Below, piece after piece: positions 9,136-19,007 of a DNA stretch of 64,000 nucleotides. Position 1 is the first letter of the stretch, and every line of letters begins with the position of its first letter. A model generated the notes under the pieces. It saw only the letters and a list, made by a program, of their open reading frames with translations. It was not told the DNA's origin and searched no databases. This DNA is from a virus. Its lineage: Duplodnaviria > Caudoviricetes. Position numbers and translations under genes: made by a program. Location of the stretch: IMG/VR virus record IMGVR_UViG_3300028886_000051. One strand, written 5' to 3'.

Positions 9136-9924
9136 TTGAAATTTGAGAATACAGAGGTATGGGGATTTGAACACGCATTTAGGGGTTTAAGAAATCCAAA
9201 AAATTCTTGGAATAGAAGTGATAGTAAATTTAATGATTATTATGACGAAGAACGAGCAGATGTTGATTTTGATGAATTATTAAAAGTATATCCTAATGCA
9301 TATATACATCATTGTAACATTAATGGATATTATACAGATATTATTGGTGAAGCGGATTTGAAACTTGCTCAGACTCTTATTAAAGCAGGAAATGAGCATA
9401 GAAAGTTTATGCGACAGATTTTTGTATCGGTTGATATTACAGCTCCTCTTTATTGGTGGAAAGAATTTGATACTTATAAAGTAGGAACGGTTGCGAACTC
9501 ATCGAGTACAATGCACAAGCTTGCTACAACACCAATTACATTAGATTGTTTTGAGATTGATGATTATGACAGAAATTTATCTCTTGCTGATAATCCAAAG
9601 GATGATGACGGGTTAGATAATATTTCAACATTTGAAGAGGATATTATTTATGTATTAGAAAATATTCGTCAGAAGTATCTTGAAACAAAAGATAAGAGAT
9701 ATTGGAAAGAGCTTATACGTTGGCTACCTGAATCATGGTTACAGAAGCGTACAGTTACAATGAATTATGAAAATGTTCGTAATATGTACTTTCAGCGTAA
9801 AAATCATAAGCTTACAGAGTGGTCAGAGTCATTTATCAAATGGGTAGAAACACTTCCATACGCAAAAGAGTTGATTATGTATGAGGCTAAATATGTTAAA
9901 ACATGTCATGATAAGCGAATCTGA
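9136..9924 (+). CDS. ThyX-like (flavin-dependent thymidylate synthase fold) protein
   Basis: H.KFMRQI, APLYWWKEFDTY, LPESW...TMNY, RK.HKL.EW; nucleotide-metabolism context. Confidence 0.65.
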   Translation: MKFENTEVWGFEHAFRGLRNPKNSWNRSDSKFNDYYDEERADVDFDELLKVYPNAYIHHCNINGYYTDIIGEADLKLAQTLIKAGNEHRKFMRQIFVSVDITAPLYWWKEFDTYKVGTVANSSSTMHKLATTPITLDCFEIDDYDRNLSLADNPKDDDGLDNISTFEEDIIYVLENIRQKYLETKDKRYWKELIRWLPESWLQKRTVTMNYENVRNMYFQRKNHKLTEWSESFIKWVETLPYAKELIMYEAKYVKTCHDKRI

Positions 9925-10096
9925 ATATGAAGAGTATTGTAGATTAAAAGAAAAAGATTCACCTAAACTCAAAAAGCGTGTTAATTATAGAAAATATTGT
10001 CCAGTGTGCGGTTACTTAGTTGACGACTTAGTGCCGCCACAGAAATATTGCGATAGGTGTGGACAAAGGTTATGTACAAGTTTATTTGAAATATAG
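9881..10096 (+). CDS. Small zinc-ribbon protein
   Basis: CPVC...CDRCGQ. Confidence 0.65.
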   Translation: MRLNMLKHVMISESEYEEYCRLKEKDSPKLKKRVNYRKYCPVCGYLVDDLVPPQKYCDRCGQRLCTSLFEI

Positions 10097-10104
10097 GAGA
10101 TAAT

Positions 10105-10317
10105 ATGAGAAATCCGAATAGATTATATAATTTCTATAGTGAAGTGACTCGGCTACATATGACATATATGCCAGATTGGAGAGCAGGACAATTCTGGTTA
10201 AATTTCTTGTTTTGGTTACAAAATGAAAAGAGAATTGATGGCTTTATTCCAGAAGAGGATAAAATGCTTACATATTTAAAAGAATATTGCGGAGAAAAGG
10301 AGGAAGTAAATGAATAA
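10105..10317 (+). CDS. Hypothetical protein
   Basis: AGGAG RBS; MRNPNR...PDWR.GQ. Confidence 0.65.
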   Translation: MRNPNRLYNFYSEVTRLHMTYMPDWRAGQFWLNFLFWLQNEKRIDGFIPEEDKMLTYLKEYCGEKEEVNE

Positions 10318-12325
10318 ATTTGATATTACATCAAGGGTTGAAGAACTCAATAAAGCTTCCGAAGCTTATTATAATACTGGGCAGCTTATTATGAGTGATA
10401 CTGAGTTTGATAATAAGCTTGAAGAATTAAGACAGTGGGAAGAAGAGACTGGCATTGTGTTATCTAACAGTCCAACACATAATGTTGGTGCAACAGTATT
10501 AGATAATATAAAAGAAGTTACTCATAAAACACCAATGCTTTCACTTGAAAAGTGCCACAGCACAGAAGAGATTATTAAATTTGCAAATAATCATAATCTT
10601 GTGGCTTCTGTAAAGCTAGATGGTTTAACTGTACGTCTTACTTATAAAGATGGTAATTTAGTTTTAGCAGAATCCAGAGGGAATGGTACAGTCGGATCTG
10701 ATGTGACCGAACATGTTAAGCAATTCACCAATGTTCCATTACATATTGATAAGGAAGGAACTTATATAATTGATGGTGAAGCACTGATTAAATTAGATAA
10801 TTTTGCTGAGATTAATACAAACGGAAAATATAAAAATAGCCGTAATTTAGCAGCAGGCACATTATCAAGTCTTGATACATCAGTTGTAAAAGATAGAAAA
10901 TTATCTTGGTACGCTTGGGAAGTCGTTGATGGTTCTAATATTAATGGGTTTCAAAAACAATTACTTGAGGCTGCTGATTTTGGTTTTGAAATAGTTCCAA
11001 ATGTTTTGTTGAGTAAAGTAAAAAAAGATAATAATTTTCACGATGACAATTTGGCAATAGAAGCCTGTCTACATCTTATTTTTAATATTGCTGATAATAA
11101 TAAGTTACCTCAAGATGGTGTTGTATTTAAGTTTGATGATGTAGCATACGGAAAATCGCTTGGTAATACTTCACATCATTTTAAAAATGGTATTGCTTAT
11201 AAGATATTCAATGATTCAGTAGAAACAGAATTGGTAGACATTGAATGGACAATGGGCAAGACAGGAAGTTTATGTCCAACTGCTGTGTTCAACCCTGTGA
11301 AAATAGAAGGAAGTACAGTAAATCGTGCATCACTTCATAATATTTCAATAATGAAAGAAATTTTAGATAAACCTTGGGTTGGTCAGCATATTGGTGTGTT
11401 TAAGGCAAATCTTATAATTCCACAGGTTCGATGGGCTGAACAAGGTAAACCTTTTAAGGACGGCAATGAAGAAATGTATAATGAATTAAACATTCCTGAT
11501 AAATGTCCTATTTGTGGTCAACCTACAAAGATTGTTAAAGAGAATGATTCAGAAGTTCTTTACTGTACTAACGAAGACTGTAAAGGACGATTACTTGGTC
11601 AACTTACACACGCTGTATCAAAATCAGCTCTTAATATTTCGGGTTTATCAGAATCTACTCTCGATAGATTAATTAAGCTTGGTTGGGTAACTTCTATTAA
11701 AGATATTTATCATTTATCAGACTATAAAAACCATATGATTGTACTTGATGGTTTTGGTAAAAGGTCTATTGAAAAACTTCTTAACTCTATTGAAGAGTCT
11801 CGTAATACAAGTCTTGAGCGTTTTCTTTATAGTCTATCAATTCCGTTGCTCGGCAAATCAGCAAGTATGATGATTGCAGATTCTGTTGATTATGACCTCG
11901 ACACGTTTATTAATGAAATGACAATTAAAGGCGCAGAATACTTTAGATATTTGCCTGGTGTTGGAGATTCGTTAATAAACTCACTCAATATTTATTGGAA
12001 AAATCATTACTCAGACATACTTCAGTTGGCAAATGAGTTTACGTTTGAGACACAGAAATCCATTATGTCAGAAACCACAAATGAATTAGAGAATAAGACT
12101 TTTGTTATTACAGGAAGTGTAAAACATTACCAGAATCGTGATGCTCTCAAAGCTGATATTGAAGCTCATGGTGGCAAAGTCGTAGGAAGTGTATCTTCTA
12201 AAGTAAATTATCTTATTAATAACGATATCAACTCAACTTCATCTAAAAATCAGAAAGCAAAATCGCTTAATATACCAATTATAACAGAAGAAGAGTTTAT
12301 TTCTTTAATTGAGGGGAGTTTGTAA
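10310..12325 (+). CDS. ligA: NAD-dependent DNA ligase
   Basis: MLSL, KLDG, SRGNG, DGVVFK, zinc finger, HhH and C-terminal BRCT. Confidence 0.97.
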   Translation: MNKFDITSRVEELNKASEAYYNTGQLIMSDTEFDNKLEELRQWEEETGIVLSNSPTHNVGATVLDNIKEVTHKTPMLSLEKCHSTEEIIKFANNHNLVASVKLDGLTVRLTYKDGNLVLAESRGNGTVGSDVTEHVKQFTNVPLHIDKEGTYIIDGEALIKLDNFAEINTNGKYKNSRNLAAGTLSSLDTSVVKDRKLSWYAWEVVDGSNINGFQKQLLEAADFGFEIVPNVLLSKVKKDNNFHDDNLAIEACLHLIFNIADNNKLPQDGVVFKFDDVAYGKSLGNTSHHFKNGIAYKIFNDSVETELVDIEWTMGKTGSLCPTAVFNPVKIEGSTVNRASLHNISIMKEILDKPWVGQHIGVFKANLIIPQVRWAEQGKPFKDGNEEMYNELNIPDKCPICGQPTKIVKENDSEVLYCTNEDCKGRLLGQLTHAVSKSALNISGLSESTLDRLIKLGWVTSIKDIYHLSDYKNHMIVLDGFGKRSIEKLLNSIEESRNTSLERFLYSLSIPLLGKSASMMIADSVDYDLDTFINEMTIKGAEYFRYLPGVGDSLINSLNIYWKNHYSDILQLANEFTFETQKSIMSETTNELENKTFVITGSVKHYQNRDALKADIEAHGGKVVGSVSSKVNYLINNDINSTSSKNQKAKSLNIPIITEEEFISLIEGSL

Positions 12326-12876
12326 TGCTTATATTAACTGGAAAATCTGCAAGTGGCAAAGATACTATAACTAATATCTTAATAAAAAAATATGGCTTTA
12401 AAAAATTAATAACATATACAACTCGCCCAATGAGAAAAAACGAGATAAATGGTGTTACATATCATTATATTTCAGATGAAGAATTTCTTAATAAGGTTGA
12501 AAATGGATTTTTTGCTGAATGGAAAAAATATAAAACAACTCAAGGAATTTGGTATTATGGTTCTGCTATAGAAGATTATGCAAAATCAGACAATAATACA
12601 GTAATAATACTTACACCTAATGGTATTAGAGATATTAAAAAATTAGGCTTTAAAGATATAAAAATTTTTTATATCTTTAGCGATAAGGATACTATTAAGA
12701 AAAGACTAAGTATCAGGGGAGATAATCCTGATGAAGTTATTAGACGTATGGAAAAAGATGATGAAGATTTTAAAGATATAACAAATTTAGTTGATGAAAC
12801 TATAATGAATACCTTTGACAGTAAAATATCATCAGTTGTAAATGAGATTCAATCACTCTACAAAAAGAGAATATAA
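12325..12876 (+). CDS. gmk: Guanylate kinase
   Basis: GKSASGKD P-loop, TTRPMR..E..G..YHY, YYG. Confidence 0.9.
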   Translation: MLILTGKSASGKDTITNILIKKYGFKKLITYTTRPMRKNEINGVTYHYISDEEFLNKVENGFFAEWKKYKTTQGIWYYGSAIEDYAKSDNNTVIILTPNGIRDIKKLGFKDIKIFYIFSDKDTIKKRLSIRGDNPDEVIRRMEKDDEDFKDITNLVDETIMNTFDSKISSVVNEIQSLYKKRI

Positions 12877-12894
12877 CTATATATAATAAAGGAA

Positions 12895-13779
12895 GTGATA
12901 ATAATTAGAATCCAAAGAATAATTTCTATATTAATATGTATTTGTTGGTCAGCTATATTGGGAATAGCTTTAACAGATAAATCTAGTAATAAGTCAACAC
13001 TAACAACTAATAATAATATTAATATAGAAGAAACAAAATTGCCAATTGCAGGTATTAGTAAGTATATAACGAATATAGTATCAAATCCAAATAGCTTACA
13101 AGAGTCTGAGCCTGAAATTGACGAATCCGAACAAGCGACTGAAGATTGGCACATAGGTTATACAAATGCTTATGTAAACATCAGAGCTGCCCCATCTATA
13201 AACTCAGAAGTATATACAGTTTATCCATACAATATGGAAATATCTTATACACCATATGATTCAGAATGGTATGAAATAAAATATGGTGTCTCAAAGGCTT
13301 ATATAGCCCTTCAATTTGTTTCAGACAATAAAATAGACTACGTTGAAATTAAAATGCCTAATAATAATGGCTTTAAATCCTATATGGATTATAGAACTAT
13401 AACAAATAAAGAAAGCTCACAATATTTGTTACAAAAAAGTGCTTACTCTGGTAATTATGGTATTAGAGAAGTGAATGGTAGATATTGTGTGGCATTAGGT
13501 ACATATTTTAATTTGGAAATAGGAAGATACTTTGATTTGATCTTAGAAGATGGCACAAGCTTACCTTGTGTAGTTGGTGATATTAAAGCTAATAAAGATA
13601 CATTATCTGATAACATAACAACAGCTCATAATGGATGTGTGAGTGAGTTCATTGTAGATACAAACGAACTTCATAATATTGCCAAGATAAATGGTAACAT
13701 TTCTTATTGTGAAGAAAATTGGGGATATAAAGTTGTAGCGATTAGGATATATGATAAAAATTATTTTAAGGAGGAATAA
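12895..13779 (+). CDS. Membrane-anchored SH3b cell-wall protein
   Basis: N-terminal hydrophobic helix; VNIRAAPS SH3b motif; C-terminal domain resembling 3D/RlpA-type folds. Confidence 0.6.
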   Translation: MIIIRIQRIISILICICWSAILGIALTDKSSNKSTLTTNNNINIEETKLPIAGISKYITNIVSNPNSLQESEPEIDESEQATEDWHIGYTNAYVNIRAAPSINSEVYTVYPYNMEISYTPYDSEWYEIKYGVSKAYIALQFVSDNKIDYVEIKMPNNNGFKSYMDYRTITNKESSQYLLQKSAYSGNYGIREVNGRYCVALGTYFNLEIGRYFDLILEDGTSLPCVVGDIKANKDTLSDNITTAHNGCVSEFIVDTNELHNIAKINGNISYCEENWGYKVVAIRIYDKNYFKEE

Positions 13780-13783
13780 TGAG

Positions 13784-14041
13784 ATGGAAACAAGGATAGA
13801 AAAGAAGATAAAGTTTAAAAACTTTGAAGAAGTTGCTAACTTTATTGACGATATGACTTCGGTAAATACTGACGTAGATGTGATTAGCAATAAATACATA
13901 GTATCAGCAAAATCTATTATGGGTTTATTAACATTAGATTTAAGTAAGATCTTGGACATCTATTTTTATGGTAATGAAGAATCAGAGGATTTTAAGAAAT
14001 TTATTGACATAGTTGAAAAATATGCACCAGAAAGGAATTAA
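13784..14041 (+). CDS. HPr-like protein lacking His15
   Basis: VSAKSIMGLLTL Ser46 motif; no His in the protein; AAGGAGG RBS. Confidence 0.8.
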   Translation: METRIEKKIKFKNFEEVANFIDDMTSVNTDVDVISNKYIVSAKSIMGLLTLDLSKILDIYFYGNEESEDFKKFIDIVEKYAPERN

Positions 14042-14045
14042 TTAT

Positions 14046-14701
14046 ATGTATATGATAAATGATAACCATATAGATTTATATAACGTTACAGTAGGCGATT
14101 GTATAGATTTATATGAATTTAAAGGTATAGTTTCAATTCTTAGTGATGGAATGTTGCTTGGATTTGAAAAAGATAGCTGTTTTGAGGGTAAATAGGGTAA
14201 AAATATGACAATATGTACAGATAAATGTACTTCTTGTGTTAATGGAGAGTTAATACAGAAGTCAAGGGCAGATATAAAAATACGTTGTGAAGCAAAAGAT
14301 AAACTTCTACCTTATGGGTGTAAAGTAGAATGTGAATTTTTTGAAAAGAAAAAGGGAGAATAATATGGGTGTAAATATAATTATATTAATTTTAATTGGT
14401 ATTTTTCTTTTAAATTGTTTATTTTGTTTTGCAATGTGTAAAGCAGCATCAGATTTTGATGATATTTCAGATTTAAAAGAAAGTGAGGAAAATAATTATT
14501 TTACCAATAATGACAACACATTCATTAGCTAGAGAATTATTGGAAAAGCCTGACGGATTCGTGACTGCAACTATTGAAGGTAAAGAATTTGCAGTCACAG
14601 GATTCCGAAGAATGGCAACTTGTGCAAATTATGATGATACAAGTTTATATTGGACTTTAGTGTTAAGTGAATGCGAAAATAATAAAAATAAAAAAGTATG
14701 A
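14046..14701 (+). other. Cluster of short hypothetical ORFs, including a small membrane protein (~14365-14532)
   Basis: Tightly packed short ORFs with RBS-like sequences. Confidence 0.45.
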
Positions 14702-14791
14702 TGTGTAAAACCCTTGTAAAATAAGGGTTTCAGAGGTTTAAAATTACAATGAAAGGTTGATTTCTTGTGGAATTAAGAAAGGAGATAAAAT

Positions 14792-17017
14792 TTGAAAGTA
14801 ATTAAAAGAGATGGTCGAAAAGTTGATTTTGACCGTAACAAAATTATAAAAGCGGTTCTTGCTGCTTTCAATGAGGTAGATGGTGAAATTACCACAGAAG
14901 CAAAAAGAAAGGCTACAGTAATTACAAATCACATTGAATCATTAAATAAGAAGTCTATGAATGTTGAAGGTATTCAGGACATTATTGAAACGATGCTTAT
15001 GGATGGTAAGCGCAAAGATGTTGCTAGAGCATTTGTGATTTACAGAAATGACAGGACGAGAGAAAGAGAAAAACATAGCGACATTGTAAAGCGTGTTATG
15101 AAAAGAGTAAATGCAACAGATGTTCAGAACGCTAATGCTAATGTGGATGAAAAGAGTTTTTCTGGTAGAGAAAAAGAAGCGTCTGCCGATGTAGGAAAGA
15201 CCATTGCATTAGATTACGGTGGATTAAGCAAAGAGGTCGCACAGGCTCATAAAGATATGCTTATATATCAACATGATTTGGAAAAAGCAATTTATGGAGT
15301 GCATAATTGTCTTAATCTTGACTTTGGAGAAATTTTTACATACGGATTTAAGACACGCAATGGTGATGTAAGACCTCCAAAATCTTTCAGTACAGCTTGT
15401 CAGTTGGTTGCAGTAGCTTTTCAATGTCAGAGTCAGGTTCAGTTTGGAGGAGTTGGAAGTATTCATTTAGACTATGACTTAGCTCCTTTTGTAAAAATGA
15501 GTTTTTCAAAACACTTTAAAGATGGACTTAAATGGGTTGAAAATGAATCAGAAGATTATATTAATCATGTTCCAAAGTCTATTGGTATAGAAGATTTAGA
15601 AGCTAAATCACATAAAAAAGCATATGAATATGCTATGACAATGCTTGAAAATGAAGGTCAACAGTCAGCACAAGGATTATATCATAATTTAAATACTCTT
15701 GAATCACGTCAAGGCTCGCAAGTGCCATTCACTAGCATCAATCTTGGACGAGATACTTCACCAGAGGGAAGATTGGTTACTAAATGGATTATGAATGCAA
15801 GTATTGATGGTATTGGTGAACATCATTTAACAAGTATTTTTCCTATTAGTATTTTTCAATACAAAAATGGTGTTAATGCAAAACCAGGAGATCCAAATTA
15901 TGATTTGAAACAATTGGCATTAAAATCTATGTCAAAAAGAATTTATCCTAACTGGTGCAACGGAAATTGGTCACAGGCACATGAAGATGAAGATGATCCA
16001 GATACATTTTTCTCAACAATGGGCTGCCGTACTTTAGTTGGATATGACCGTCATGGGTTAGGTTATATTCGTCAGGGAAGAGGTAATAATGTACCAAATA
16101 CAATTATTTTGCCTAAGCTTGGCATTGAATATGGTATTTGTCTAGGCAAAAGAGATAAAGCAGATTTAGATGGATTTTGGAACGGTCTTGAAAATGCTTT
16201 ACAGTTATGTGAAAAAGGATTACTTGAAAGGTATGAATTAATCAAAAAACAGTCACCAAAATCAGCACCTTTCATGTATCAGAATCACACTATGAAAGGT
16301 TCAAGAGATTGTACTGAGACAGTAGAAAATGCAGTGAAACATAATACTCTTGGAATTGGATTGATTGGCGTTGCTGAAATGTGTGTTGCCTTATTTGGTA
16401 AAAATCATGCAGAGGATGAAAATATACACGCATTTGCATTATCAGTAGTTAAGAGAATATATGATTATGCAAAAGAAGCCAGTGAAAGAAATGATTTGAA
16501 TTTTGGATGTTATTTTACTCCGGCTGAAGGACTCTGTAGAACAGCATTAAAGGCATTAAGAGAACAATATGGTGTGATTCCAAATGTTACAAGCCATGAA
16601 TATCTTACTAATTCAGTGCACGTGCCAGTATGGCAGAAAGTTTCTATTTATGACAAATTAAGAATTGAAGCTCCATTTACAAAGTATGCAACATCAGGAT
16701 GTATCACTTACATAGAACTTGAATCTACTTTTGTACAGAATACAAAAGCTATAGAAGATATTATTGATTATGCTTTTAATGAGTTAGATATTCCTTATTT
16801 AGCATTTAATTTCCCAATTGATAGTTGTTTAGACTGTGGATACCAAGGTGAATTTAATAATGAATGCCCTCAGTGTGGAAGCAAAAACATTCAACAGTTG
16901 AGACGTGTGACAGGATACCTCACTACGGACTACCGCAATTTTAACGAAGGAAAACAAGCAGAAGTAGAAGAAAGAGTAAAGCATAGTGCATATACAAGCT
17001 TTGGAGATGAGAAATAA
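14792..17017 (+). CDS. nrdD: Anaerobic (class III) ribonucleoside-triphosphate reductase
   Basis: ATP cone VIKRDG, MGCRT, TPAEG, CxxC..CxxC, RRVTGYL glycyl-radical loop. Confidence 0.97.
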   Translation: MKVIKRDGRKVDFDRNKIIKAVLAAFNEVDGEITTEAKRKATVITNHIESLNKKSMNVEGIQDIIETMLMDGKRKDVARAFVIYRNDRTREREKHSDIVKRVMKRVNATDVQNANANVDEKSFSGREKEASADVGKTIALDYGGLSKEVAQAHKDMLIYQHDLEKAIYGVHNCLNLDFGEIFTYGFKTRNGDVRPPKSFSTACQLVAVAFQCQSQVQFGGVGSIHLDYDLAPFVKMSFSKHFKDGLKWVENESEDYINHVPKSIGIEDLEAKSHKKAYEYAMTMLENEGQQSAQGLYHNLNTLESRQGSQVPFTSINLGRDTSPEGRLVTKWIMNASIDGIGEHHLTSIFPISIFQYKNGVNAKPGDPNYDLKQLALKSMSKRIYPNWCNGNWSQAHEDEDDPDTFFSTMGCRTLVGYDRHGLGYIRQGRGNNVPNTIILPKLGIEYGICLGKRDKADLDGFWNGLENALQLCEKGLLERYELIKKQSPKSAPFMYQNHTMKGSRDCTETVENAVKHNTLGIGLIGVAEMCVALFGKNHAEDENIHAFALSVVKRIYDYAKEASERNDLNFGCYFTPAEGLCRTALKALREQYGVIPNVTSHEYLTNSVHVPVWQKVSIYDKLRIEAPFTKYATSGCITYIELESTFVQNTKAIEDIIDYAFNELDIPYLAFNFPIDSCLDCGYQGEFNNECPQCGSKNIQQLRRVTGYLTTDYRNFNEGKQAEVEERVKHSAYTSFGDEK

Positions 17018-17523
17018 TGTTACATATTGCAGGTGTGAATTATGAATCTATCGCAGATTCTGACGGTGTTTCATGTGTGATTTTCTTTAGCGGTTGTAAA
17101 CATTTTTGCAAAGGATGCCATTCAAAAGATACATGGGATTTCAATTATGGAATCCCTGTATCAGATGAATTAGCAATAACAATCAATAATGAAATAGATA
17201 AAAGACCATTCTTATCAGCTCTTGTATTGAGTGGCGGCGATCCAATGTATTCATCGTCAGAAGTATTAGAATTTATATCAAAAATCCACATACCCAACAA
17301 TACAATTTGGTGTTATTCTGGATTCTTAATCGAAGAAATTCAACAAAATTCAGAAATGAAAAAATTACTAGACAAGTGCAATATATTAATAGATGGTCAA
17401 TTTGAGATTGAAAAAAGAGTGATTAATTCTGGGTTTTATGGTAGTAGTAATCAAAGAATTTGGAGAAAAAATAAAAATGGTGAGTGGTTTATAGATTCTT
17501 CACGCTCTCCACATATTCAGTAA
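17017..17523 (+). CDS. nrdG: Anaerobic RNR activating radical-SAM protein (complete copy)
   Basis: CKHFCKGC, LSGGDP, IWCYSG, IDGQF, GSSNQR. Confidence 0.93.
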   Translation: MLHIAGVNYESIADSDGVSCVIFFSGCKHFCKGCHSKDTWDFNYGIPVSDELAITINNEIDKRPFLSALVLSGGDPMYSSSEVLEFISKIHIPNNTIWCYSGFLIEEIQQNSEMKKLLDKCNILIDGQFEIEKRVINSGFYGSSNQRIWRKNKNGEWFIDSSRSPHIQ

Positions 17524-17644
17524 GTATCTTATTGATGAGATTGGTTAATGAACGTCCATCTTTCTTAGCGAGTTCTTCTAATTTAGCTTTCATGTCTTTG
17601 TTCATATTAACAAGTACACCAGTTTTATCTTTACCGACAGCCAT
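17489..17644 (-). CDS. Ribbon-helix-helix (CopG/Arc-like) regulator
   Basis: GGAGGTG RBS; VLVNM...KAKLEELAKKDGRSLTNLINKIL. Confidence 0.85.
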   Translation of the reverse strand: MAVGKDKTGVLVNMNKDMKAKLEELAKKDGRSLTNLINKILTEYVESVKNL

Positions 17645-17666
17645 ATTATCACCTCCGTTTGAGAGA

Positions 17667-17742
17667 ATAATAACATATAGAACAGTTATAGTCAAGTTAT
17701 ATAACTTTCTGCTTGACAAAGGTTATATAACGGTTATATAAT
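17667..17742. promoter_or_regulatory. Divergent sigma70-type promoters for RHH and tnpB with GTTATATAAC palindromic repeats
   Basis: + strand TTGACA(17713)-N18-TATAAT(17737); - strand TTGACT(17695)-N17-TATTAT; repeats at 17696, 17722, 17733 and a half site at 17685. Confidence 0.7.
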
Positions 17743-17767
17743 CTAATCAGAAAAGAGGTGAAACAAT

Positions 17768-18982
17768 TTGAAGGTACAAAGATGTGAGCAGCATAATATA
17801 AAGTATGGAACTGATTTTTATAAATTTATTGATGAAATGTGTTTCAAGTCAAAGAATTTATACAATTATGCAAATTATATTATTCGTCAAGAGTTTATAA
17901 ATAATAGAAATTGGATTCAATATAATCAGTTATTTCATTTAGTTAAAGAATCCGAACCTTATAAGGATATTGGCAATAATACAGGTCAAGGTACTTTAAG
18001 AATTTTAGACAAAGCTTGGAAATCTTTTTTTAAGTCAATTAAAGATTGGAAGAAGAATCCAAATAAATATTTAGGTAGACCTAAACTTCCAAAATATTTA
18101 AAAAAGGATGGACGTTTTGTACTGTCCCTTGATAGCAACAAAGTGAAGTTGAAAGATGAATATGTATATTTTGCATGGAAGCCATTTAAACCATACAATA
18201 ATATGTTTAAGACAAACGCACAAGAGAGAATATTACAATGCAGATTCATTCCTAGATGTAGGAAGTATGTAATGGAAATCGTCTATGAAATCGAAGTACC
18301 AGACGTTTCAGAAACTTCTGATAGAGTAGCTGCTATTGATATTGGAGTTGATAATTTCATAACTATGGTAAACAACATTGGTGAAAATCCAATAGCTGTT
18401 AAAGGTGGAGTTATTAAGTCAATTAATCAGTTTTACAATAAACAGAAAGCAAATATTCAGTCAGAGTTGAAGAAAGTTAACGGAAAAGATTGGTCGAACA
18501 AGTTACAGAAACTTACAGACAAGCGGTATGAAATGATTAAATATCAGATGCATTGTATAAGTAAGTATGTAGTTGATTGGTGTGTCTTATATGGAATTGA
18601 CACATTGATTGTAGGACACAACGATGAATGGAAACAAAATAAACAAGGTATGCAGAACTTTACTTACATTCCATATGAACTATTTATTCAGATGCTTGCA
18701 TATAAATGTGAGAACAACGGAATTAGATTCATAGAAAATGAGGAAGCATATACTTCTGGAACATCATTTCTTGATAATGAAGATCCTGTAAAAGAGAACT
18801 ACAATAAGGAACGCAGAGTTCATAGAGGATTATTCATTGCAGATTGTGGAAAAAAGATAAATGCAGATGTAAATGGAGCATATCAAATATTAAAGAAGGT
18901 AATTCCTGAAGCTTTTAGCAAGGGAATAGAGGGTGCAGGTTCACACCCAACAATTATTAACTTGGCTATGCTGAGAGCGTAA
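17768..18982 (+). CDS. tnpB: RNA-guided endonuclease TnpB (no adjacent transposase)
   Basis: SKNLYN, PKLPKY, AIDIGVDN, EEAYTS, INADVNGA. Confidence 0.93.
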   Translation: MKVQRCEQHNIKYGTDFYKFIDEMCFKSKNLYNYANYIIRQEFINNRNWIQYNQLFHLVKESEPYKDIGNNTGQGTLRILDKAWKSFFKSIKDWKKNPNKYLGRPKLPKYLKKDGRFVLSLDSNKVKLKDEYVYFAWKPFKPYNNMFKTNAQERILQCRFIPRCRKYVMEIVYEIEVPDVSETSDRVAAIDIGVDNFITMVNNIGENPIAVKGGVIKSINQFYNKQKANIQSELKKVNGKDWSNKLQKLTDKRYEMIKYQMHCISKYVVDWCVLYGIDTLIVGHNDEWKQNKQGMQNFTYIPYELFIQMLAYKCENNGIRFIENEEAYTSGTSFLDNEDPVKENYNKERRVHRGLFIADCGKKINADVNGAYQILKKVIPEAFSKGIEGAGSHPTIINLAMLRA

Positions 18983-19007
18983 TGTAAAGGGGATTATAAA
19001 ACCCCAT

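Noticed and set aside
7011-17670. GAGAATA as a phage-specific promoter motif (e.g. ~7013, 12868, 17663)
   Set aside because: Short, overlaps RBS-like sequence and too few clear copies to support by eye
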